A stretch of DNA of 64,000 bases from IMG/VR virus record IMGVR_UViG_3300025120_010521. One strand, 5' to 3'. Under the pieces are notes generated by a model. The model did no database searches and had not been told where the DNA came from. It saw only the letters and a list, made by a program, of their open reading frames with translations. Within the stretch, counting starts at the first letter, position 1. The number at the start of each line of letters is the position of its first letter. Below, piece by piece: positions 53,038 to 63,412 of this stretch. Source of the DNA: a virus (taxonomy: Duplodnaviria; Caudoviricetes). The translations under genes were made by a program, and so were the position numbers.

Positions 53038-55023
53038 TTATGTTAGATCTTCGTAATCTATTGTGATTGTGTCTGCATCTGTGATCGCACCATAATCATG
53101 ATTACTAATTGCTGTTGTAGATATCGCACTATAATCAGTTACTTCATTAGTTGGAAGTACTGATCCAAGTATTACCCAACTTGCACCATTGTAACCTTCA
53201 AATCTATCTGTAGTTGAATTAAATCTAAACATGCCAACCACTGGAGTAGCAGGTCTTTGTGCTGTTGTTCCAACTGGTAGTATTAATGCACCAGTGCTGG
53301 TAATCTTTGCATTACCTGTTCCGTTTGGTTCTATTTCAACGTCACCGTTTGATGTTGATACAATTTTATTTCCGTTAACATCTAAATCTCCACCAAGTTG
53401 TGGTGTTGTATCTTCAACAACTTCATTTATAGAAACTGCTTGTACTCTAGCAGTTGTGTGATATAAATTACTTCCTTCTGTAATATGATCTGTTGTGCTC
53501 GGTACTGTTAATACACCAGTGCTATTATTGTATGCTGGTGTTCCTGAACCTAAACTTATACCTGCTCTCGAACGTGCATCTGTATAGTATAAATTACTCG
53601 AGCCTTCTGTTAGATTGTCTGTTGTTTTGGTTGCCAATCTATTATCAAAATCTGTGTTTGTGTAACCTGAGTTATCAATCCAAGCATAATCAGAACCATT
53701 CCAACTTAATACATATCCCGAAGTTGGATTTGATTGATTTAAATGTGCATCAACACTAGCATTTGTATATGCCGCAGGTACATCACTTGTTAATGCAACT
53801 GTACCAGTTGCATCTGGTAACGTGATTGTTCTGTCTGCTGTTGGATCTGTTGCTGTTATAGTTGTTTCATATGCATCTGCTGTTGCACCTTCTAAAATAA
53901 TATCTCCACCAGTACCAATATAAAAATCTGTACCGTTTAATAATTGGAATTGGTCACTTCTAAATCTACCTGATATATTTTGTGATCCACCTTTGATAAA
54001 AGCATACTCCAACATACCATCTTCTGAACCATCTGAAGCATCTAATATTTTACCAGTTATTTTAGCATAGGTAATCTCTTGATCTGCATCATTTTCACCT
54101 TTGAATTTAACTTGTCCAATGTAATCAGCATCTGCCGGACTGGCACTATTTCGTTTTAATGCAATAACTGGTCCTGCTGTGCTTGAATCTTCTGTTGTTG
54201 TAATTAACAAACTGTCATCAGTTGTTGTGTTTGCAATTGCAAGTGATCCTGATGCTGTTCCTGAAAAAGTCGGACTTGCTAATGTTTTGTTTGATAATGT
54301 GTCTGTGGTATCTTGTAATACAATTGTGCCTGTAGCATTTGGAATTGTAACTGTTCTGTCTGCTGTTGGATCCGCAACTATCAATGTAGTTTCATGATCG
54401 TCTGCTGTAGCACCTTCAAATGTAAATGAATTTGTTACTGCTATTGTAGATGAATCAATTGTTGTTGTTGAACCTTGTACTGTTAAATCACCTGTTACTG
54501 TTAGGTTTGTCATTGATGACGTGCCAGTTACTGATATTGGATCAGCGAACGTAATTGGATTTGCATTTGAAGAACTAATAGATTTAGTTGCATTTACTAT
54601 AACATCACCATCAAAGTTAACTTGTCCTGCTGATGTAGTAAATGTAATATCACCTGTGCTTGATGTAGTAAAATTCAAACCTGCCGCACTTTGCATTGTA
54701 GTTTGACCTGTACCGTGTGTTTTTATGTGTAAACTTTGATCAACTGATGTTGATAGTGTAATTGATCCTGAATCATCTTCAAGAACTTTTTTACCATTTA
54801 TATATAATGATCCTGGACCTACATATACATCACGCCACATTAGAGTTGATGTACCTAAATCGTATGTAACGTTTGCTGATGGAACTAAATGTCCAGTAAT
54901 TGAAGCAACTGACCCACTAGCACTGGTGGCATTTATGGCCCCTACTTTTAATGTGCCGTTAGCTGATTTGCCAACTTGAAAATCGGAATTACTAGTTCCT
55001 TTTAAGTTATATGTTACTGCCAT
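53038..55023 (-). CDS. Virion structural protein, tail fibre/baseplate-like
   Basis: T/S/G-rich; duplicated EGATAD.ETT....DPTADRT.T.P.ATGT and T.....EGS.NLY.T.AR repeats; G..RFN....FEGY motif. Confidence 0.75.
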   Translation of the reverse strand: MAVTYNLKGTSNSDFQVGKSANGTLKVGAINATSASGSVASITGHLVPSANVTYDLGTSTLMWRDVYVGPGSLYINGKKVLEDDSGSITLSTSVDQSLHIKTHGTGQTTMQSAAGLNFTTSSTGDITFTTSAGQVNFDGDVIVNATKSISSSNANPITFADPISVTGTSSMTNLTVTGDLTVQGSTTTIDSSTIAVTNSFTFEGATADDHETTLIVADPTADRTVTIPNATGTIVLQDTTDTLSNKTLASPTFSGTASGSLAIANTTTDDSLLITTTEDSSTAGPVIALKRNSASPADADYIGQVKFKGENDADQEITYAKITGKILDASDGSEDGMLEYAFIKGGSQNISGRFRSDQFQLLNGTDFYIGTGGDIILEGATADAYETTITATDPTADRTITLPDATGTVALTSDVPAAYTNASVDAHLNQSNPTSGYVLSWNGSDYAWIDNSGYTNTDFDNRLATKTTDNLTEGSSNLYYTDARSRAGISLGSGTPAYNNSTGVLTVPSTTDHITEGSNLYHTTARVQAVSINEVVEDTTPQLGGDLDVNGNKIVSTSNGDVEIEPNGTGNAKITSTGALILPVGTTAQRPATPVVGMFRFNSTTDRFEGYNGASWVILGSVLPTNEVTDYSAISTTAISNHDYGAITDADTITIDYEDLT

Positions 55024-55137
55024 CTCATCTCCATGTCAGCCCTTCTTTTCCACTAATGGACTGTCCGGGCATAAGCCCAAGTCATAGATTATATATGTAC
55101 TTTAATTTATTTATCTATATAGTTAATTTTAATGATG

Positions 55138-55374
55138 TTACAAGTTAAGATGATATCTAAGTTGCCAACGTTCTAACATTAATTTGTCCATTTTTTCTTG
55201 ATTCTCATAACTAAAAATGTGTACCAATTCTTGTATTTCAGCTTCTACTTGTATTAATCTTTGACGCTTAGGATTCTTTGTTTTGTTTCGTGGTGGTTGT
55301 TGGTCATAATGTTTTACATTATTAGGTTTCGCTTCAGCATTGCGTTTTTTAGTATTTTTACGTCTATATATCAT
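55138..55374 (-). CDS. Basic hypothetical protein
   Basis: ATG 6 nt after the tRNA-Asn CCA. Confidence 0.55.
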   Translation of the reverse strand: MIYRRKNTKKRNAEAKPNNVKHYDQQPPRNKTKNPKRQRLIQVEAEIQELVHIFSYENQEKMDKLMLERWQLRYHLNL

Positions 55375-55380
55375 AATTTG

Positions 55381-55456
55381 TGGCTCCGCAGGCAGGACTC
55401 GAACCTGCGACCAATTGATTAACAGTCAACTGCTCTACCAACTGAGCTACTGCGGA
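55381..55456 (-). tRNA. tRNA-Asn(GTT)
   Basis: TCCGCAG acceptor, GTTGA-CTGTTAA-TCAAT, CCA encoded. Confidence 0.95.
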
Positions 55457-55698
55457 ATGATGTGAGCTTGAACTGTATATGTTTCTTCATCGTACAACAC
55501 GTCAATTAATCTTCCTGTTTTACGACTTACAATAAATGGCATCATTTTGTGTTGACTATGTTCATAAACAACATCAACATCACAATAGTACATCTTGTCT
55601 ATTCCTTGCTTTGCAAGTTCATCCTCGACACATTCTCGACAACGTCTTTGACGAATTAACAGTGTAATATCTATTATATCTAAATTTTGTTCTGCCAT
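55447..55698 (-). CDS. Hypothetical protein; stop codon lies inside tRNA-Asn
   Basis: Ends ATT CCG CAG TAG within tRNA positions 1-10. Confidence 0.5.
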   Translation of the reverse strand: MAEQNLDIIDITLLIRQRRCRECVEDELAKQGIDKMYYCDVDVVYEHSQHKMMPFIVSRKTGRLIDVLYDEETYTVQAHIIPQ

Positions 55699-55739
55699 AA
55701 TACTTGTACAATGATTGCAAAAGTATTTAGCAAAAAAAA

Positions 55740-56675
55740 TTAAGAAAATAAAGTGCTTACTGACTCTTCGTTACTTACACGTCTTATTGCTTCTCCAATA
55801 AGTTTATCTACTGACACTTGTCTTATTTTAGAAATATCTTCTTCACAGTGATATTCAATAGAATCTGTAATAACAACTTCTTCTAATTTACTATCTTGTA
55901 TTTTTCTACAAGACTTTCCTGTTAAGACTCCATGTGTAATATATGCACGAACACTTAACGCACCTTTAGATAAAAGTATATCTGCCGCATTACAAAGTGT
56001 TCCACCTGAATCAACCATATCATCAACTAGTATTGCATGTTTGTCTTTAACATTACCAATAACGTGCATGGCTTCGCTAACTCCAGGTCTTGATCTTCTT
56101 TTATCAACAATAGCAATCATTCCATTAAATGAGTCAGCAAATTTTCTTGCTCTTACAACTCCACCAGCATCAGGTGAAACAAAAACTGTTTTAGATGATT
56201 CTGATCTTAGTTTTTTCTTTATGTCTTTAGTAAATAAAATTCTCGATGTTAAGTCATCAACAGGTATATCAAAAAATCCTTGTATTTGACCTGCATGTAG
56301 ATCCATTGTTAATATTCTATCAGCACCTGCTTTAGTAATTAAGTTAGCAACTAACTTGGCACTAATTGGTGTACGTGATGCACTTTTTCTATCTTGTCTT
56401 GCATATCCAAAATATGGCATAACTGCTGTAATTCTTTTTGCTGATGATCTTTTTAATGTATCAATTATAATTAATAATTCCATTAAACTGTCATTTACTG
56501 GCGAACTGGTTGATTGAATTATAAAACAATCTTCTCCACGAACATTCTCTAATAACTCAACTGAGCATTCACCATCTGCAAATCTTCCTATCTTTGCTGG
56601 AACAACTTTAGTAAAACAATGCTCTGCAATAGACTCTGCCAAATTTAAATTTGACTGCCCTGCAATAATTTTCAT
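55740..56675 (-). CDS. prs: Ribose-phosphate pyrophosphokinase
   Basis: [43 protein letters not shown]. Confidence 0.96.
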   Translation of the reverse strand: MKIIAGQSNLNLAESIAEHCFTKVVPAKIGRFADGECSVELLENVRGEDCFIIQSTSSPVNDSLMELLIIIDTLKRSSAKRITAVMPYFGYARQDRKSASRTPISAKLVANLITKAGADRILTMDLHAGQIQGFFDIPVDDLTSRILFTKDIKKKLRSESSKTVFVSPDAGGVVRARKFADSFNGMIAIVDKRRSRPGVSEAMHVIGNVKDKHAILVDDMVDSGGTLCNAADILLSKGALSVRAYITHGVLTGKSCRKIQDSKLEEVVITDSIEYHCEEDISKIRQVSVDKLIGEAIRRVSNEESVSTLFS

Positions 56676-56685
56676 ATAGTACCTC

Positions 56686-57738
56686 CTATTTTACTGTATA
56701 ACTTTCATAAACTTTGTTTATGTTGTTATACGTGGTTACAAAACTTGCACATTTTGGCATATCTTTTAATCTTCTAGCACCAATATATGTACAAGCACTT
56801 CTTACCCCGCCGAGAATATCTTCTACTGTGTGTTGAACTGGACCACGATATGGTAGTTTGATAAGTCTACCTTCGTTACCTCTATATCCATCTTTTCTTT
56901 TACCGTGTACTTGTCTTGCACGGTCTGAACTCATTCCATAAAATTCAACATGCCCATCAACAACTTTCTGTTCTGATTCATCATGACCTGCTAACATGCC
57001 ACCAATCATTACCATATGAGCTCCGGCACCAAACGCCTTAGCAATATCACCAGGGTGTACACATCCGCCATCAGCAAGTATGTGTCCATCTACTCCATTG
57101 GCCGCATCTGCACAATCTAATATTGCTGAAAATTGCGGAACACCTACACCAGTCATTGTTCTTGTTGTACATACTGATCCAGGACCAATACCAATTTTAA
57201 CAACATCAGCACCATTTATAATAAGTTCTTCTGTCATTTCAGGTGTAACAACATTACCAGCAATAATTACTTTATCTGGAAATTCATCTCTTACACGTTT
57301 AATAAAATCTACAAAATTTTCATGATATGCATTTGCAACATCAACTGTAATAAATTTAATGTCTGGAAATGACTTTAACACTTGTTGCATATTACGATAA
57401 TCTTCTGCTTCTGGATCCCACATTTTATTTGTGCCTGTACATACAGAAACACTTTGTAATCTTACACCATTACCTACTGCTTGTCGCCACTGTTCAACAG
57501 TAGTTGATTTTGTAATTACAGTCATCATTTTATGCTCTTGTAATACTTTAGCCATACTAAATGTTCCTACGCCATCCATGTTTGAAGCAAAGATAGGTAA
57601 AAAGTTTACAACTTTACCAGAGTTTCTAAATGTAAACTTTCTTGTCATGTCAACATCTTTACGACTTGATAATGTAGAACGCTTTGGTTCTAATAATACA
57701 TCATCAAAATTAAGTTTAGGTTGTGTGTTAATACGCAT
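56686..57738 (-). CDS. guaC: GMP reductase (GuaC type 1)
   Basis: [46 protein letters not shown]. Confidence 0.93.
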   Translation of the reverse strand: MRINTQPKLNFDDVLLEPKRSTLSSRKDVDMTRKFTFRNSGKVVNFLPIFASNMDGVGTFSMAKVLQEHKMMTVITKSTTVEQWRQAVGNGVRLQSVSVCTGTNKMWDPEAEDYRNMQQVLKSFPDIKFITVDVANAYHENFVDFIKRVRDEFPDKVIIAGNVVTPEMTEELIINGADVVKIGIGPGSVCTTRTMTGVGVPQFSAILDCADAANGVDGHILADGGCVHPGDIAKAFGAGAHMVMIGGMLAGHDESEQKVVDGHVEFYGMSSDRARQVHGKRKDGYRGNEGRLIKLPYRGPVQHTVEDILGGVRSACTYIGARRLKDMPKCASFVTTYNNINKVYESYTVK

Positions 57739-57742
57739 GATA

Positions 57743-58717
57743 TTATCCTTTTAGTTTTTTTTTGACCTGTGGTCCTAATAATTCTTTTGTGAACGTTGAA
57801 TACACATCTGGTTTGAAATGAATTTTATCTGAATGCATTTCATTAAATGCTGTTTTACTACCTGCTTTTTGTTTAGCCCAATTAATAAAAGACCAATCCA
57901 TTTTTTCATTTAACCAATACTCCGGCTTATCTAAAACATTTTTATATGTATCTGTAAATACATGATTTTCATCATATTGTTTATCGCAGTGTGTAAACAA
58001 TAAAAATTTAACATCTAATGATTTTAAGGTATTAATAATATTCATCATATTTGAAAGATAATTAGAAATGTCTGTATCGCTCATATCCATAAACACAGAA
58101 TAAAAATAACAATAAATTAACATATTTTTAAATTGTTCATCATTATTACCTAATGCTTTATATAGCTCATCAAATTTTCTTTTTACATTGTCTCTTTCAT
58201 GCTCACTTAAACTTGCACTTCTATAAAAACCTTCTACTGTCCAAGTTGTTTTACCTTTAAAAAAATCACGTACAGATGCTTTTGTATCAGCACCATGATA
58301 AAAATCAACACATTCTTGTTTTGAAAGACTTTTTCTATTTGGCCATCCATACTGTTGTCCTTTAGACCAATCTTTAGTTAGCACTCGTTGTCTTGAATAG
58401 ATGGGATGATAATCTTTTTCTTTATTAATATATGTTCCAGTGATATGACTAGAAATTTCTACATCTACTTTATCAGTGTCGGGTACTTCTATAACAAACA
58501 TATCTGGTTTATACTCGTTATAAAAATTTAATATTTTTGTTGGATAAAAGAAAGACGAAAAAGAACTTTCGCCGCCATTGTATATATAATTCTCTATTCC
58601 ATTTTGTTCTAAATATGTACTTAAATGTCCAGGCCATCCACTTTTAAAAGGATAAGGAATTCCGTTTCCTCCGCCAAATGTATGACTAGTGCCTAAGCAA
58701 ACAATTTTCTGCATCAT
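57743..58717 (-). CDS. SGNH/GDSL hydrolase-like protein
   Basis: CLGTSHT block I; SDKIH DxxH block V. Confidence 0.55.
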   Translation of the reverse strand: MMQKIVCLGTSHTFGGGNGIPYPFKSGWPGHLSTYLEQNGIENYIYNGGESSFSSFFYPTKILNFYNEYKPDMFVIEVPDTDKVDVEISSHITGTYINKEKDYHPIYSRQRVLTKDWSKGQQYGWPNRKSLSKQECVDFYHGADTKASVRDFFKGKTTWTVEGFYRSASLSEHERDNVKRKFDELYKALGNNDEQFKNMLIYCYFYSVFMDMSDTDISNYLSNMMNIINTLKSLDVKFLLFTHCDKQYDENHVFTDTYKNVLDKPEYWLNEKMDWSFINWAKQKAGSKTAFNEMHSDKIHFKPDVYSTFTKELLGPQVKKKLKG

Positions 58718-58754
58718 GTTTTAATACTACTATCTTTAAGATAAAAAATCAACA

Positions 58755-59030
58755 TTATTCATTCCATAATTGCCAATTTTTATCTTTTGGTTTCCAATTT
58801 ACAGGAATAGGAAAAATCCAATCTTTTTCTTCCATTTCTACCCAGGCTTTTTCAAACATGTCATCTAACTTATTTTCTAAAGGATTTTCTTCTCCTTCTT
58901 CTTTAGTCATTTTTTCTACACGTTCTAAAAATTCTTTTATTTCTTCGTACATTTTTTCTTTATTGTACACTCGTAATCGTTGATGATCGTAATACTCTTT
59001 TAGATGATTATACTCTTCTTTGCTAATCAT
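58755..59030 (-). CDS. Hypothetical protein
   Basis: ORF in array. Confidence 0.6.
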   Translation of the reverse strand: MISKEEYNHLKEYYDHQRLRVYNKEKMYEEIKEFLERVEKMTKEEGEENPLENKLDDMFEKAWVEMEEKDWIFPIPVNWKPKDKNWQLWNE

Positions 59031-59099
59031 ACTTTCTTACATATACTAATATGCCTAATATAACTACTGTTACTATCATACCTAAAAAAAATAGGCCTA

Positions 59100-59330
59100 T
59101 CATTCTACAATCTCAACTTTTGCTTCAGTTTCTATAACAACTCTAGCACCGCAACTAAGGATAGGCTTATCATTGCCGCCATAACGCACAACACTATCGC
59201 CCAATATTTTAACTGCATGACAATAGTCATTCCTATTTCCACGTTTAACAGTGATAACCGGTTCATCAGTTCCATTCTTTTTGTTGCTCCTAATTTTATG
59301 TTGATTAACGTGTATATATGTTTTTACCAT
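59100..59330 (-). CDS. Conserved-type phage hypothetical protein
   Basis: IHVNQHKIR...CGARVVIET. Confidence 0.7.
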   Translation of the reverse strand: MVKTYIHVNQHKIRSNKKNGTDEPVITVKRGNRNDYCHAVKILGDSVVRYGGNDKPILSCGARVVIETEAKVEIVE

Positions 59331-59587
59331 TTAACCTCTTTTTTAAATTTGTCAATTGCTTTGTAAAAAGGATTTTCAAGTCCATAATGTTTAGAAACAG
59401 CCGCATGTATAAATTTAAAAGCCAATGCAAGATCAGTTTGAAACTCTGCATCATCAATTGGAAAATTATGTGCATGTAATGAATGCAACAATGCCGCAAC
59501 ACCATCTCGTGTAATTACTTCTGCTGAACCAACATCTCTCATTTTTTTCTTTCTTCTAAACTTTTTTATATCAATTACATCATTCAT
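59324..59587 (-). CDS. Hypothetical protein
   Basis: Start revised to MNDVIDIKKFRRKK. Confidence 0.55.
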   Translation of the reverse strand: MNDVIDIKKFRRKKKMRDVGSAEVITRDGVAALLHSLHAHNFPIDDAEFQTDLALAFKFIHAAVSKHYGLENPFYKAIDKFKKEVKW

Positions 59588-59753
59588 TTGGTTTCCATCC
59601 TGATACAACTTGAATTGAATGATCAAGTTCACGTATCTGTTCTTCTAACTTTTCTATTGTAGTATCACTAAATGCATATTGCAATTGTGATTCAAGTTCT
59701 TTCTTTTCTTCTTTTAGTAGACTTAACTTATCGTTAATGTATCCAACGTTCAT
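59580..59753 (-). CDS. Small coiled-coil protein
   Basis: Start revised to MNVGYIND (GGAG SD). Confidence 0.55.
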   Translation of the reverse strand: MNVGYINDKLSLLKEEKKELESQLQYAFSDTTIEKLEEQIRELDHSIQVVSGWKPNE

Positions 59754-59855
59754 TATATTCCTCCTGCATGATTTAATGACAATACTATCCCAAATACAAA
59801 CATTAGGATTATCCAAATCATAGGTAAATTATCCAGTATTGCCCATTTAATTTTA

Positions 59856-59984
59856 TTAAGCATAACTTACCCACACTATCCAAGAAATAATTGCAATAAA
59901 TCCTGCAATCAAAACATGGTTGCCTAAATTCCAAGCACTTGTTCCTACTGTATTTGGATTTTTAGGATCAATTATTTTATTCAT
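59856..59984 (-). CDS. Small membrane protein (42 aa, not in ORF track)
   Basis: MNKKIDPKNPNTVGTSAWNLGNHVLIAGFIAIISWIVWVSYA; AAGGAG SD. Confidence 0.6.
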   Translation of the reverse strand: MNKIIDPKNPNTVGTSAWNLGNHVLIAGFIAIISWIVWVSYA

Positions 59985-60150
59985 GTTCTTCTCCTTTTAT
60001 TTTATGAAAAATTTTTCCTTTTTCAATAATATGTAGTTCTTTATCAATTTTTTTAATTTCTTGTTGCAAGTGATTTATGTTTTCCATAAATCCAAGTTTC
60101 TTTCCTAACAAAGACATTACTTCTGAATGATCTGCTATATTAGTTTTCAT
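59977..60150 (-). CDS. Small coiled-coil protein (57 aa, not in ORF track)
   Basis: MKTNIADHSEVMSLLGKKLGF...; ATGA overlap, GGAG SD. Confidence 0.55.
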   Translation of the reverse strand: MKTNIADHSEVMSLLGKKLGFMENINHLQQEIKKIDKELHIIEKGKIFHKIKGEEHE

Positions 60151-60518
60151 TCGTGTTCTCCTCCTGGATCATCTTTTGGCAAATCAACTCTAAAAGGATT
60201 GCCAAATTTATCCCTATATATCACATACTCACGTCCTCGACCATAACTGTGATATCCCCAATTGTATTTGTTTTTTTTAACATTATGAAATTGTTTGAAT
60301 GTAAAATACATTGCAAATAAAATTGCTATGTGTCCTACTACTAATCCTGTCCATACATCAGCATATAATTGACCCCAAAAGAATAAAGTAAATGCTGTTG
60401 ACCAAACAAAACTCAACACACTTAATAACTGAAGCCTTACTGTCTTTGGTAAAGCACGAAGATCATTTTTTGAATCATCAAAAAGTATAGTCGCCGCAGA
60501 TATCATCCATTGTTTCAT
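60147..60518 (-). CDS. 2-TM membrane protein
   Basis: Two hydrophobic helices, DDPGGEHE C-terminus. Confidence 0.65.
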   Translation of the reverse strand: MKQWMISAATILFDDSKNDLRALPKTVRLQLLSVLSFVWSTAFTLFFWGQLYADVWTGLVVGHIAILFAMYFTFKQFHNVKKNKYNWGYHSYGRGREYVIYRDKFGNPFRVDLPKDDPGGEHE

Positions 60519-61834
60519 TATATTTTTTCTCCCTGTTCAAAACCTCTAAATCTTAAAAATCTAGGAAATCTTAAACTCCATTCATTTTCTGCGTCTTGGT
60601 TTTTAGTAATAGCATCAGCTCTAACTTCTACTATCTGACCAACTAGTTTTTCTTTACCAGCCCAAAACTCGTCTCTGTTATCATCAGTTAGTCCACTACC
60701 AACGTTAACTTTGATAAACTTATCATCATCAGTACCTTCACAAATAAGAGCACCTAGTTTACCTTCGTTTCTACCTGTGCCTTCTTCTGTTGCTACTACT
60801 TCTAATGAAACTTCAATAAAAGGTTTTGCTTTTAACATATAATGACTTCGCTTACACTCATATGGTGCATTTCTATCTTTGATCATTATACCTTCAAAAC
60901 CTTTTTCAATAGCCATTGTGTTGTAATCTTTAAAAATCTTTTGTCCTTGTTCAGTATCAAAATTACATTCTACTTTTTCTACTGGAAAAATGTTACTGTA
61001 CAGTGGATTTAGATCTAAAAATAATGCTTCAAGTTGTTTGTGTCTATCCCAACATCCTAGTTCTGACGTTCCTGCTTTGAATTCTTTTAATGTTAGCACA
61101 TCAAATACGGCAAACTTGGCGTCTGTTGCTTCTACATTGTCTTTTCTATGCACTTGTTTCATCAATGCTTGAAAAGAACTTGATACCATTTCGCCATCTA
61201 ATACCATTGACTCTGTAAATTTATCTGAAAATGCATCTACTATTTCTGTTTCAATATGACTAAAATTAATAAACTGCTTACCATTACGTGAATACATAGT
61301 AACTGACTTTGATTCAACATCATATATAGCAAGTACTCTCACACCATCTAATTTGTAATCTAATAGTTTTTCACCTACTAGTTTCTTTTCATGATTGGCA
61401 CTATCATGTGCCAGCATACATTTAAAAACAGGTATAGTGTAATCTTTGTTTACTTTTTTAACCACATTGTTGATTGTCTTTTCACTTACACCACAACGTA
61501 GGTCTTTAATAAGAATACGTCTATACCAACTGTTCCAATTAGATTCAGTTGATTGATCCATTGCTTCAGCAACAGCATCTCTGGCCGCATGACCTGTAAG
61601 TTCACGTTTCATTAATTGATCAGCAAGATCACAAAATTGATTCCAACTAAATCCATTACCATTGGAATTTGTTTTTTCAGGAACTTGTTTAACACCAAAT
61701 GAAACTAATGGATCAAGTGCAAGTTGACAGCCTTGAAAAAACTCAATGTTGTTTGCTTTTGCTTCTCGTTTAATTACATCTTCTTTAAACAATCTTGAAT
61801 TATTAGATTCTAATTCTTGTATTATGCTGTACAT
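60518..61834 (-). CDS. lig: ATP-dependent DNA ligase
   Basis: Motif I KLDGVR, LDGE, FDVL, EGIMIK, K.K, LRFPRF. Confidence 0.95.
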   Translation of the reverse strand: MYSIIQELESNNSRLFKEDVIKREAKANNIEFFQGCQLALDPLVSFGVKQVPEKTNSNGNGFSWNQFCDLADQLMKRELTGHAARDAVAEAMDQSTESNWNSWYRRILIKDLRCGVSEKTINNVVKKVNKDYTIPVFKCMLAHDSANHEKKLVGEKLLDYKLDGVRVLAIYDVESKSVTMYSRNGKQFINFSHIETEIVDAFSDKFTESMVLDGEMVSSSFQALMKQVHRKDNVEATDAKFAVFDVLTLKEFKAGTSELGCWDRHKQLEALFLDLNPLYSNIFPVEKVECNFDTEQGQKIFKDYNTMAIEKGFEGIMIKDRNAPYECKRSHYMLKAKPFIEVSLEVVATEEGTGRNEGKLGALICEGTDDDKFIKVNVGSGLTDDNRDEFWAGKEKLVGQIVEVRADAITKNQDAENEWSLRFPRFLRFRGFEQGEKI

Positions 61835-62040
61835 ATTTTTTCTGCTACCTCTCTGCTGTGTTTACATTTACCGTGGTGTGCAAATCCTATGCACGAACAC
61901 ACAAACCCTTGCTCAGTCATTTCAACACCGTATTTTTTTCCTGTCGATCCAATAACTGGCCACTCAACACCAACCATATGATTGTTTTTAAAATTAATTT
62001 CTTCTGGTGCGTAATATCTTAATTTAAATTTTCTCATCAT
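61822..62040 (-). CDS. SWIM Zn-finger protein
   Basis: CSC.GF....CKH. Confidence 0.75.
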   Translation of the reverse strand: MMRKFKLRYYAPEEINFKNNHMVGVEWPVIGSTGKKYGVEMTEQGFVCSCIGFAHHGKCKHSREVAEKICTA

Positions 62041-62281
62041 CTCTCAGTGGTGTCATAAAATTTGGACACCCATCATCTGTGCAATATTCTGGATTTGGTT
62101 CACACATTGCATCAGTGTGAAATTGTACTCCAGGTAAAGTTACGTTTATAGAATTAAATTTGTTTTCTTCTATTACACATTCTTCCATTGTATCATATGA
62201 CGTAGTAAAAGAAAACTCTTTTGGCTCCATCGAATCAGTTGGAATAATTGTAAACCAAATTGTTAATAACCATTCTCCCAT
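62024..62281 (-). CDS. Hypothetical protein
   Basis: ORF in array, Cys-containing. Confidence 0.55.
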   Translation of the reverse strand: MGEWLLTIWFTIIPTDSMEPKEFSFTTSYDTMEECVIEENKFNSINVTLPGVQFHTDAMCEPNPEYCTDDGCPNFMTPLRDDEKI

Positions 62282-62529
62282 TATAGTTTATCTCCTGTAA
62301 TATCAAATGCCCATTGATCCCATGGTTCAGTTTCAGTTGCTTTTAAGCAAGACTTAACAACTTTATAACCTGTGAATGTTTGTAATGATTCTACAATTGT
62401 TTGTGCTGTAATTTGATTAACATAGTCACACCACATAGTACCGTTTGAAAACCAAGGGTCAATTTTTTCTTGATGTTCGACTGCAACTTCATACTTTACG
62501 TGATCCATTGCCATTTTTTCAAAAGCCAT
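62281..62529 (-). CDS. Hypothetical protein
   Basis: ORF in array. Confidence 0.55.
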   Translation of the reverse strand: MAFEKMAMDHVKYEVAVEHQEKIDPWFSNGTMWCDYVNQITAQTIVESLQTFTGYKVVKSCLKATETEPWDQWAFDITGDKL

Positions 62530-63245
62530 TATTTGTCTCCTATTCTTAAAACTTTAATTCTGTTAACAATAGTTTCTTTACCACCATTGTATTTGTTAAT
62601 TTGATGATCTTTAACATACGCACTAATTTGTAAATTAGCACCAACAACAATTCCATCATCCTCTGGATTTGACGGTGTAAAATGTTTTAGAATGTTACTA
62701 CCTTTCATAAAACTTACAATGTATAATCCTTTATGAGGTAACGGTTTTACCATTTCAACTACAACATCAAATATATTACGTTTTTTAACATCGCCTACAA
62801 AAGAACTTTTAGAAGCTAATTGTTCTTCTTTTAACTTTCTAGCTTCTTTGTCAAGAGTTGTTGTATAAGTATGTGGTAATGAAGCTAGTATTCCTATATC
62901 TCTTGCTTTAATAGTATCATGTGCAACACATGAAAGAACTGCTTCTTGGAAATTATTTTGCTGATCACCTAATCTAAAAAGAAGTAACCCTTGGTAGTGT
63001 TCAATTATATCATTAGCAACTGTTAAATCTTTTTTAGTGTATTTTGGAGAAGGTTTTGCAAGTTCTTCAAGAACAAGAGATTTATTAGATTTACGTTCAT
63101 TATATCCAGACTCAATAGTCTTAACATAACCTTTTTTACGATAGATCGAGTTAGAAACTGCTAGTGCTATCTTTGTATCAAATCTAGATTCAACCTTACT
63201 CATTAATAATCTCCCATGTAACTCTTTTTGATCCCAAATTAGCAA
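62529..63245 (-). CDS. Hypothetical phage protein, possible C-terminal OB fold
   Basis: FVG...R...YVKDH....ETIVNRIK; start may be MSKVES at 63203. Confidence 0.6.
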   Translation of the reverse strand: MLIWDQKELHGRLLMSKVESRFDTKIALAVSNSIYRKKGYVKTIESGYNERKSNKSLVLEELAKPSPKYTKKDLTVANDIIEHYQGLLLFRLGDQQNNFQEAVLSCVAHDTIKARDIGILASLPHTYTTTLDKEARKLKEEQLASKSSFVGDVKKRNIFDVVVEMVKPLPHKGLYIVSFMKGSNILKHFTPSNPEDDGIVVGANLQISAYVKDHQINKYNGGKETIVNRIKVLRIGDK

Positions 63246-63381
63246 GTATTGGTTTAAGATCTTCTACTGTATAAAGATCACTAAATGATTCTGGGTCTAG
63301 TATATTAACTAGCTTAACTGCTTTGTATAGCTTTGTGCTTTTTTGTGCTGACACATTTTTAAATATTACTTTTGACGACAT
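63196..63381 (-). CDS. Hypothetical protein
   Basis: AAGGAG SD, promoter at 63413-63440. Confidence 0.6.
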   Translation of the reverse strand: MSSKVIFKNVSAQKSTKLYKAVKLVNILDPESFSDLYTVEDLKPILANLGSKRVTWEIINE

Positions 63382-63412
63382 TTGCGTACTCCTTGTTTCT
63401 GTTATTATATTA

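Noticed and set aside
5260-58717. Nested alternative-frame minus-strand ORFs (e.g. 5260, 9876, 15164, 20517, 21310, 31881, 37649, 41371, 59305)
   Set aside because: They lie wholly inside better-supported genes in another frame, with no SD or motifs.
2063-61834. Inteins or group I introns in clpA, clamp loader, ligase, prs or tRNAs
   Set aside because: Lengths are typical, with no C...HN/S intein termini, no LAGLIDADG inserts and uninterrupted anticodon loops.
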